From an uncultured Holophagales bacterium (GTDB lineage: Bacteria > Acidobacteriota > Thermoanaerobaculia > Multivoradales > UBA5704), in NCBI GenBank assembly GCA_963842525.1, contig CAWJGT010000030.1, positions 32,001-96,000 on the forward strand: a DNA stretch of 64,000 nucleotides, written 5' to 3'. The translations under genes were made by a program, and so were the position numbers. The first letter of the stretch is position 1, and each line of letters opens with the position of its first letter. The notes under the pieces were generated by a model. The model did not search any database, was not told the DNA's origin, and worked only from the letters and a program-made list of their open reading frames with translations. Positions 1 to 7,767 of this stretch are shown here, in pieces.

Positions 1-2
1 GA

Positions 3-1730
3 CGCCTCGGTGTCGGCCCCGAGGAGCGGGTGGCGATCTGCCTCGACCGCTCGGTCGGCATGCTGGTGGCGATCGTGGCAACGCTCCGCGCCGGGGGCGC
101 CTACGTCCCGCTCGACCCCGAGCATCCGGCCGAGCGCCAGATCCTCATCCTGGAGGACGCGAGGCCCCGGGTCCTGATCACAAGCCCGGACCTCGCCGAG
201 CGCCTGCCTGTGCCACCGGGCCTGCCCGTCGTCTTTCTGCCTGCCGAGGGAGACGACGAGGCCGGGGATGACCTGCCGCCGGTCGAGGTCCTGCCATCCA
301 ACGCGGCCTATGTCATCTACACATCCGGCTCCACGGGCCGGCCGAAGGGGGTTGTGGTGACCCACGCCGAATTGGTCCGCCTGTTCACGGCGACCCGGCC
401 CTGGTTCGGCTTCGGGCCGGACGACGTCTGGACCGCCTTCTTCTCCTTCGCCTTCGACTTCTCGGTCTGGGAGACCTGGGGAGCGCTCGCGCATGGCGGC
501 TGCCTGGTCGTCGTGCCCCACTGGGTCAGCCGCTCGCCGGAGGCCTTCCTCGATCTCCTCGCCGAAGAGCGGGTGACCGTGCTCAACCAGACTCCCACGG
601 CGTTCCGCCAGCTCGTGCAGGCCGACGAAGATCGACCACGGGAGCTGGCGCTCCGCCATGTCATCTTCGGCGGCGAGGCCCTGGATCCAGCGATCCTCAC
701 CCCTTGGATCTCTCAGCGCGGGGACCGCCTGCCGCACCTGACCAACATGTACGGCATCACCGAGACGACGGTACACGCCACCTACCGTCCGATCGGAGCG
801 ACCGACGTGGCGCTCGCGCCTGCGAGCCCGATCGGCGTGCCACTCCCCGACCTCCAGGTCTACGTGCTCGACCGTTGGCTCCAGCCGGTCCCGGAGTCCG
901 TGCCGGGCGAGATCTGCGTCGGCGGCGGCGGCCTCGCCCGCGGCTATCTGGGGCAGCCGGACCTGACGGCGCAGCGCTTCGTCCCCGACCCGTTCAGCGG
1001 CCGGCCGGGGGCCCGCCTCTACCGCTCGGGCGACCTCGCCCGCCACCTTGCGCACGGCGACGTCGAATACCTCGGGCGGATCGATTTCCAGTTGAAGATC
1101 CGCGGCTTCCGCATCGAGCTGGGGGAGATCGAGGCCGTCCTCGCCGCCCAGCCGGCGGTGCGCGACGCCGTCGTCCTGGCGCGGGAGGACCGGCCGGGCG
1201 ACCGCCGCTTGGTGGCCTATCTGGTGCTCCAGGACGGCGACCTGCGGATCGAGGAGCTGCGCAGCTCTCTCCGCGAGCGTCTCCCCGAGCACATGGTTCC
1301 CGCGGCCTTCGTGGTCCTGGACGCCCTGCCGCTGACCGCCAACGGCAAGCTCGACCGCCGGGCCCTGCCGGCTCCCGACAAGGGAGCACGGGCCGCGAGC
1401 GTCCCGCCGCGCACCGAGACCGAGCAGGCCATCGCCGGAGCCTGGAGGGAGGCGCTCGGCTTGGAGTCTGTCGGAGTGGACGACAACTTCTTCGACCTGG
1501 GAGGTCACTCGCTGCTGGTCGTCCAGGTCCACCGCCAGCTCGCCCCGCGCTTCCCCGATCTCGCCGTGGTGGACCTCTTCCGCTATCCCACTATCTCCGC
1601 CCTCGCGCAGTTCCTCGCCCGCGAAAAGGTGGAGCAGGTCTCCCTCGAAGAGAGCCGCGAAAGAGCCGAGAGCCGCACCGACCGCTCCCGCCGCCAGCGC
1701 GAGTTGCGCCGGCAGGTGCGGCCGCGGTAG
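3..1730 (+). CDS. Non-ribosomal peptide synthetase, C-terminal part (adenylation domain + PCP + charged C-terminal tail); truncated by the left edge
   Basis: The frame is open from base 3 (RLGVGPEERVAICLDRS). A-domain cores are present: YTSGSTGRPKG, FDFSVWE, NMYGITETTV, YRSGDL, KIRGFRIELGEIE, NGKLDR. PCP motif is DNFFDLGGHSLL. No thioesterase follows. Confidence 0.95.
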   Translation, partial: RLGVGPEERVAICLDRSVGMLVAIVATLRAGGAYVPLDPEHPAERQILILEDARPRVLITSPDLAERLPVPPGLPVVFLPAEGDDEAGDDLPPVEVLPSNAAYVIYTSGSTGRPKGVVVTHAELVRLFTATRPWFGFGPDDVWTAFFSFAFDFSVWETWGALAHGGCLVVVPHWVSRSPEAFLDLLAEERVTVLNQTPTAFRQLVQADEDRPRELALRHVIFGGEALDPAILTPWISQRGDRLPHLTNMYGITETTVHATYRPIGATDVALAPASPIGVPLPDLQVYVLDRWLQPVPESVPGEICVGGGGLARGYLGQPDLTAQRFVPDPFSGRPGARLYRSGDLARHLAHGDVEYLGRIDFQLKIRGFRIELGEIEAVLAAQPAVRDAVVLAREDRPGDRRLVAYLVLQDGDLRIEELRSSLRERLPEHMVPAAFVVLDALPLTANGKLDRRALPAPDKGARAASVPPRTETEQAIAGAWREALGLESVGVDDNFFDLGGHSLLVVQVHRQLAPRFPDLAVVDLFRYPTISALAQFLAREKVEQVSLEESRERAESRTDRSRRQRELRRQVRPR

Positions 1731-1784
1731 TTGGTGAAACGGCTGGACGGGCTGTGCCATGATGCTGGAGTGAAAGAGAGCACG

Positions 1785-2996
1785 ATGGAGAGCCCGTTGG
1801 AGAGCCCGTTGCCGCTCTTGAAGAGCATCACGCTGGAAGGATTTCTCTCCTACGGACCAGAAGCCGTCACGATTCCGCTGGCCCCGCTCAATGTACTCAT
1901 CGGGCCTAATGGGTCGGGAAAGTCAAACCTGGTCGAGGCGCTGTCCGTGCTGCGCGCAGTCCCCAAGGATCTTCCCCTCCCGATTCGACAGGGCGGCGGC
2001 GTCAAGGACTGGCTCTGGCGGGCGAATCACACAGGAGCTGCCTCCGCGCGCCTGGAGATCCTGTTCGCCGAAGGAAAGGTGGCCAGCTCGGCGCCGGGAA
2101 AGCCCGCCGTCCGGTACCGCCTAGTCTTCGGGGCGGAGGGCGGCTCGTTCACTGTGCTCGACGAGCGGGTGGAGAACGAGAAGCCGGAGCGGTGGAACCG
2201 AAAGCCATACTTCTACTTCGGCTACGAGAACGGGCGGCCGATGCTCAACGTCCAGAAGGAGCCGCGGGAACTCCAGAGGGCGGACATCGATCCGACGCAG
2301 TCGATCCTTTCCCAGCGACGGGATCCGGAGGCGTACCCCGAGCTCACCCGGCTCGCAGACCTACTGCGCCGGATCCTCATCTTCAGAAACTGGCAGTTCG
2401 GCCCGGATTCTGCGGTCCGCAGGAGTTGCCGCGCCGACGTGCGCACCGACGCGCTCTCCGAGAGCTTCGACAATCTTCCTGCCCGGCTGGCTGTGCTGAT
2501 GGGCACGCCGACCGTCAAACGCCGGCTCATTGAGCTTCTTCGCGAGCTCGCGCCGGGGTTCGACGACCTCGTCGTCGTGCCGGAGGGCGGTACGCTCCAG
2601 ATCTACCTCACCGAGGGGAGCCGCTCGGTGCCGGCGCACCGGCTGTCGGACGGCACTCTCCGCTACCTCTGCCTGCTGGCGATCCTCCTCGACCCCGATC
2701 CCCCACCTCTCGTGGCCATCGAGGAGCCAGAGCTCGGCCTGCATCCGGATGTCCTGCCGGCGCTGCGCGATCTGATGGTCGCGGCGAGCGAGAAGACCCA
2801 GCTCATCGTGACCACGCACTCTACCCAGATGGTCGATGCCATGACCGACTACGCGGACTCGGTGTTGGTTTGCGAGAAGAAAGACGGGCCGACCGTTGTG
2901 ACGCGCCTCACGCAGGAGGAAGTCGATCGCTGGCGCGAGCACGGGAGCCTCGGTGCCTTGTGGATGAGCGGCCACCTGGGAGGAACCAGGTGGTGA
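1785..2996 (+). CDS. AAA_21/AbiEii-like ABC-type ATPase
   Basis: Walker A LIGPNGSGKSN, signature LSDGTLR, Walker B/D-loop VAIEEPELGLHP, H-loop TTHS. ATG at 1785 chosen over the longer ORF start; the 12-mer TGGAGAGCCCGT occurs twice in tandem just after it. Confidence 0.9.
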   Translation: MESPLESPLPLLKSITLEGFLSYGPEAVTIPLAPLNVLIGPNGSGKSNLVEALSVLRAVPKDLPLPIRQGGGVKDWLWRANHTGAASARLEILFAEGKVASSAPGKPAVRYRLVFGAEGGSFTVLDERVENEKPERWNRKPYFYFGYENGRPMLNVQKEPRELQRADIDPTQSILSQRRDPEAYPELTRLADLLRRILIFRNWQFGPDSAVRRSCRADVRTDALSESFDNLPARLAVLMGTPTVKRRLIELLRELAPGFDDLVVVPEGGTLQIYLTEGSRSVPAHRLSDGTLRYLCLLAILLDPDPPPLVAIEEPELGLHPDVLPALRDLMVAASEKTQLIVTTHSTQMVDAMTDYADSVLVCEKKDGPTVVTRLTQEEVDRWREHGSLGALWMSGHLGGTRW

Positions 2997-3607
2997 GCCC
3001 GCCGCGGAAACTCTTTGTCGAAGGCGGCGGCAACCACAACGACGCCCTCAAGACCGAGTGCCGCCGAGCGTTCACGGCGCTCCTGGAGAGGGCGGGCTTC
3101 AAGGGACGTATGCCACGTGTCGTGGCTTGTGGCGGACGGCGGAATGCGTACGAACAGTTCGGCACCGCGATCCGTGGCGGGGAGGGCTCGGCCATTCTCT
3201 TGGTGGATTCCGAGGCGCCCGTGGTCGCGGAGGATCCGTGGCAGCATGTAGCGCAACGCCCAGGCGATGAGTGGAGCCGGCCGGCTGGCGCGACCGAAGA
3301 TCACCTCCATCTGATGGTCCAGTGCATGGAAGCGTGGTTTCTGGCAGACCGGCGGGCGTTGGAAGAATTCTTTGGGCAGGGTTTTCATGGCAACGCGCTA
3401 CCTGCCGCGACGTGCGTGCCTGAGGATGTGGACAAGCTCGACCTCTACAACCGGTTGAAGCAGGCTACCGGGAGGACGAAGACGAAGGGCGTCTACGACA
3501 AGGGCAAGCACGCGTTCAAGCTGCTTGCGATGCTCGATCCAAACCTGGTTCGCAAAGCCGGCGACTGGGCCGCACGGTTCTTCTCGACTCTCGACAGATT
3601 GAGATGA
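2993..3607 (+). CDS. DUF4276 family (RloB/TOPRIM-like) protein, coupled to the ATPase
   Basis: GTG overlaps the ATPase stop (GTGA). Motifs KLFVEGG, ILLVDSE, VQCMEAWFLAD and YDKGKH match this family as I recall it. Confidence 0.8.
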   Translation: MSPPRKLFVEGGGNHNDALKTECRRAFTALLERAGFKGRMPRVVACGGRRNAYEQFGTAIRGGEGSAILLVDSEAPVVAEDPWQHVAQRPGDEWSRPAGATEDHLHLMVQCMEAWFLADRRALEEFFGQGFHGNALPAATCVPEDVDKLDLYNRLKQATGRTKTKGVYDKGKHAFKLLAMLDPNLVRKAGDWAARFFSTLDRLR

Positions 3608-4067
3608 TCTCGCGGCTTGCGCGGCGTGGCCTCGCACCGCGGCACCGCGGCCCTGAGCTCCAGCCCCGCGACCTCGCGCTGCTGCGAATCACCCTCGCGC
3701 CGCTGTGACTCGGCCGTATTTCGCAGCAAACCGAGGCCGTTGACGACGCAAGACGGCTCCCTCCACTCGTGCTCGACCTCCAGCCGCTGCCACTCGACCC
3801 TCCGCCGCTCGCGCTCGGGCTTGTTTTGCTGCGACTCGACCCTGAGCCGGGGCGGATTCTCGCCGTCTTGATGCCAACTGTCCTCGCGTTGATGCGACTT
3901 GACAGCGAGTCGCAGCCGCTCGACCGTGCGCGGCTCGTGCGCGACCTCGTGTTGCAGCATATCGACCTCGTGTTGCAGCATATCGACCTAATGTCGCATC
4001 GTAATGGCTTCGCAATGATGTAGAACGACGAGCTTTCGCTGCAAATCATCTCTGAGTTGCAGCGAAC
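3606..4067. repeat. Degenerate 21-bp tandem array, about 22 units, consensus approx. CGACCTCGNGYYGCWGCGACT
   Basis: CGACC recurs at 3669, 3774, 3795, 3837, 3921, 3942, 3963 and 3984, all multiples of 21 apart. Units 3942-3962 and 3963-3983 are identical (CGACCTCGTGTTGCAGCATAT). Confidence 0.85.
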
Positions 4068-4108
4068 GCCAGGTGCCGCGGAGGCGCTTTCCCTCGTTGT
4101 GAAGACGG

Positions 4109-4138
4109 TTGACATCGTTGGCGACTATCTTTATAGTC
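4109..4138 (+). promoter_or_regulatory. Sigma70 promoter overlapped by a BlaI/CopY-type operator
   Basis: TTGACA (4109-4114), 17 nt, TATAGT (4132-4137). The palindrome GACTAT-CTTT-ATAGTC (4123-4138) covers the -10 box directly upstream of the BlaI gene. Confidence 0.85.
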
Positions 4139-4155
4139 CGTGTCGAAGGGAATCG

Positions 4156-4575
4156 ATGACGATGGCGCGACCCAAGACCCGGACCGAGGACCTGAAGGAG
4201 CTGTCCGACCTCGAAGTGGCGGTGATGGACGTGGTGTGGGACCTGGGGGACTGCGGCTCGGCCGAGGTGGTGGAGCGCTTCACGGCGCGACGGCCGCTGG
4301 CGGCCACGACCATCCGCACCGTGCTGGCGAGCATCGAGAAGAAGGGCTACCTGGAGCGCGTGCCGACGATCGAGCGCGGGCTGCGGTACCGGCCGCGGGT
4401 CAGCCGCGAGGCGGTGGCCGGCCGCTCGCTGCGCAAGCTGGTGAGCACGCTCTTCGGCGGCTCGCCGCGGCACGCGGTGGCCTATCTCGTCAATCAGGGG
4501 GACCTGGAAGAGGCGGACCTCGATGAGATCGGTCGCATGATCGAGACCCACAAGCGTCAAGGAGGCCGGTCATGA
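4156..4575 (+). CDS. BlaI/MecI/CopY family transcriptional repressor
   Basis: LSDLEVAVMDVVW...LAATTIRTVLASIEKKGYLER...YRPRVSRE...LFGGS. Overlaps the M56 gene (ATGA). The start could be 4156 or 4162. Confidence 0.92.
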   Translation: MTMARPKTRTEDLKELSDLEVAVMDVVWDLGDCGSAEVVERFTARRPLAATTIRTVLASIEKKGYLERVPTIERGLRYRPRVSREAVAGRSLRKLVSTLFGGSPRHAVAYLVNQGDLEEADLDEIGRMIETHKRQGGRS

Positions 4576-5918
4576 GCCTCAAGATCCTGAGCACGAGCCT
4601 GCTGGCCGCGAGCCTCGACCTCGTCCTTTTCGCGGCTCTGGCCTGGGTGGGGGCGCGGCTCCTCGGCCGGCGCTCGCCTCGGGTCGCGGCCCTCCTCTGG
4701 GTCCTGGTCATGGTCCGGTCGGTTGCGGGTCTGGCCGGGATGTCGTTTCCTGTCGATCCGCAGGCCCTGGGCCTGAGCCTGCCGCTCGTTTCGGGGGGAA
4801 GCCCGGAACTGAGAGAAGAGGAGGTCGAGGTCCTGCGCGGCGGGCCGGGGCTCCGGTACACCGGGACGTCGGTGGGTTGGGTCTCCTGGCGTCACCCGCG
4901 GCAACCCGCGCTGGCGCTCTGCCTGGCGTGGGCGGCGGGCCTCGCCGGTTTTTCGCTGTTGGCGCTCCGCGACCGCCTGCGTCTGCGGAGACTGGTCGCC
5001 AGCGCCGCTCTGGCGCCGCCGCTCCTGACGGCGCGGCGCGACGCCGTCGCGGCCCGGCTGGGGATCCAGCGCCCTCCTGCGCTCCTGGTCACCGAAGAGC
5101 TCGAGTCCCCGGCTCTGGCGGGGACGGTCTCTCCGGTCATCCTGCTCCCGCGCTGGCTCGCCGAGGAGGGGACCCCGGAGCAGCTCGACTGGGCTCTCGG
5201 CCATGAGCTCGTGCACCGCAAGAGGAGAGACCCGCTGGCCGGCGCCGTCCGGCAGGCCTTCCAGGCCCTCTTTTTCTTCCATCCGCTGGCCTGGTGGGTG
5301 GGGGCGAAGTGGGAGGAGGCGGCGGAGCTGGCGTGCGACCGGGCACTGGTTCGCAACGAAGAGGAGGCCGCCTCCTATGCCGAACGCCTCTACGAGATCC
5401 TGGTCAAGGCGCGGGGCCGGCGCCGGGCGGCGCTCGCCGGTGGGCTCTTCGCCACCCGCACCCAGATCGGCCGGCGTATCGCTGCGTTGCTCAAGGACCC
5501 CATCGGCTCCAGCCGTCTTTGGCCCGGCGCAGTCCTCGCTCTCGCCCTGTTTGCCTTGTTGAGCGCGTCCGTGGGTTTCGGCGGGAGGAAAGCCCCGATG
5601 TCCGGTGACCTCAGCGCGGAGCTCCAGCTCACTTACGACGGCGGGACCGCTGATTTCCAGGCGAAGGGCCGCGTGGAATTCGCGGCGGATGGGCGCGATG
5701 TCCTCCGCATCCTGCCCGGCGGGCACGTCCATCTCTCCGAGACCAGCAACGGCATCACCCGCCATCTCACGGTCCGGCCCGGCCAGGACGGCCGGCTCGA
5801 ACGCACGTACCAGGTTGACGGACGGCGCCGGGAGTACGACCGCGAAGCCCGGGAGTGGGTTGCGGCCACTCTCCCCCGGTTCGTCTGCACCCTGGACAAA
5901 GATAACTGCCGACCCTGA
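4572..5918 (+). CDS. M56 family metallopeptidase (BlaR1/MecR1-like sensor) without a penicillin-binding domain
   Basis: N-terminal TM helices, SPALAG..PVILLP, zinc motif HELVH, FFHPLAWW, ELACD; adjacent to BlaI. Confidence 0.9.
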   Translation: MSLKILSTSLLAASLDLVLFAALAWVGARLLGRRSPRVAALLWVLVMVRSVAGLAGMSFPVDPQALGLSLPLVSGGSPELREEEVEVLRGGPGLRYTGTSVGWVSWRHPRQPALALCLAWAAGLAGFSLLALRDRLRLRRLVASAALAPPLLTARRDAVAARLGIQRPPALLVTEELESPALAGTVSPVILLPRWLAEEGTPEQLDWALGHELVHRKRRDPLAGAVRQAFQALFFFHPLAWWVGAKWEEAAELACDRALVRNEEEAASYAERLYEILVKARGRRRAALAGGLFATRTQIGRRIAALLKDPIGSSRLWPGAVLALALFALLSASVGFGGRKAPMSGDLSAELQLTYDGGTADFQAKGRVEFAADGRDVLRILPGGHVHLSETSNGITRHLTVRPGQDGRLERTYQVDGRRREYDREAREWVAATLPRFVCTLDKDNCRP

Positions 5919-5942
5919 CTCGGCGCCAAGGAGGAACGATCC

Positions 5943-7713
5943 ATGATCGGGAAGCTTGCGTGGTCCCTGGCCGCCTTGATGCTCGTGCTTTGCCTTGTCG
6001 CTCCGCTCACCGCGGCCAGCGCCTCTTCCGCCGTGGTCAGCGGCCCCACTGGAGAGAATCTTGACCAATATCTGTCACGCCTGGAGGCGCTCGGCTTCTC
6101 GGGCGCGGTGCTGGTCGCCAAGGATGGCAAGGTCGTCCTCCACAAGGGCTATGGTCTCGCCGACCGCGAAAAGAAAACCCCCTACACGCCCGAGACTGTC
6201 TTCGACGTCGGTTCCATTACGAAGCAATTTACCGCTGCAGCCATCCTGAAGCTGGACATGGCGGGAAAGCTCCAGGTCACCGATCTCATATCCAAATATT
6301 TCGACGGGGTGCCGGCGGACAAGCAGGGCATCACCCTCCACCACCTCCTCACCCACAGCTCGGGCCTTGAGGACGGGTTCGGCGGCGACTACGAGGAGAT
6401 GCCGCGCGACGTGCTGGTGCAGAAGGCTTTCGCGTCGAAGCTCCTGTGGGCCCCGGGCACCCGGTACCGCTATTCGAACGCGGGCTACAGCCTGCTCGGC
6501 GCCATCGTCGAGAAGGTCTCCGGAAAACCTTATGAAACCTTCCTCCATGAGCAGCTTTTCAAGCCTGCCGGGATGGAGAAGACCGGCTACCGCATCCCCA
6601 AGTGGAAGCCGGAAGAGCTGGCCCACGGCTACCAGGGAGACGAGCCCTGGGGCACGCCGCTCGACCATGCCTGGGCGCCGGAGGGCCCGTGGTGGAACCT
6701 GCGCGCCAACGGCGGCATCCTCTCGACCGTCGGCGACCTCTACAAATGGCACCAGGTCCTGGAGGGCGAGGCGATCCTGTCCAAGGACGCCAAGGCCAAG
6801 TACTTCGCCCCCCACATGCCCGAGGACGAGGAGGGGGAGCTCCCACTACGGCTACGGCTGGGCGGTCTTCAAGACGCCGCGCAACACGAAGCTGATCGCG
6901 CACAACGGCGGCAACGGCATCTTTGCGGCGGACTTCCGGCGCTATGTGGATGAAGGGGGCGTCGTCCTCGCGGGCTCCGCACAGTCGGGCTTCCGGTCGA
7001 CCTGGATCACCAACACGATCGCCGGCCTCCTCTTCGGGCAGGAGGCCGTCCTGCCGCCGGCCGTGGCCCGGATCGACCCTGTGGCGCTGGCCCGGTATGC
7101 CGGCAACTACGCCCTTCCCACTGGAGGAAAGCTGGTGGTGACGGCCGCTCCGTCCGGTCCGAACGGCACGCCGCGCCTGGAGGTCTCTCCCGAGGGAAGG
7201 GACGCCTTCGAAGCCATGGCCGGAGGCGTCAGCCCGGAGGTCCGTGCCCGCATGACGGACCGGGAGGCGCGGCTGCTCGCCGCCCTGGAGCAGACCCGCA
7301 AGGGGAGCTACGGGCCGCTGGCCGAGGTGTACGGTGTACCGGTCGAAAACGTGAAACAACGGGCTCTGGACACTCTCGCGGAGCTCGAAGCCCGGCTCGG
7401 CCCCTTCCAGCGCTTCGAGATCCACGGCACCGCGGTCCGCGGCGAGACCGTCTCGACCTGGATTCGCTTCGGGTTCGAGAAGGGAGCGCAGGTCTTCGAG
7501 CACGTCTGGCAAGGGACGGAGGTCGTGTTCGTCCGTCCGGTCGAAGGGCTCGGCGGCAGCCTCTTCCTGCCGGAATCCGACAAGGACCTCTTCTCCTACA
7601 ACCCGCGCACCCAGGCGGTCCAGCGGATCGGCTTCGAGGTGGGGGAGGACGGCAAGGTCAAGGCGCTCGTCCTGCGCGCCGCGGGCGGGGAGGTGCGGGC
7701 GGGACGGAGCTAG
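5943..7713 (+). CDS. Secreted serine hydrolase, beta-lactamase/PBP (AmpC-like) family; frameshifted near 6833-6837
   Basis: Signal peptide, SxxK (GSITK), LLTHSSG, YxN (YSN). HYGYGW and HNGG lie in the next frame; removing one G from GAGGGGGAGC restores EEGSSHYGYGW and a frame ending at 7713. Confidence 0.85.
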
Positions 7714-7767
7714 ACGCCACGGCAATGCTAAAATGGGGGTTCCGGACTTCCCAAGGAGGGCCCCCGC

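Noticed and set aside
3606-4067. CRISPR array
   Set aside because: Contiguous degenerate 21-mers with no constant repeat/unique spacer alternation, and no cas genes in the window.
3493-4115. Short overlapping ORFs across the array as genuine genes
   Set aside because: No RBS, overlap with DUF4276 or the BlaI promoter, and stops in the most protein-like frames; kept only as a hypothesis under the array finding.
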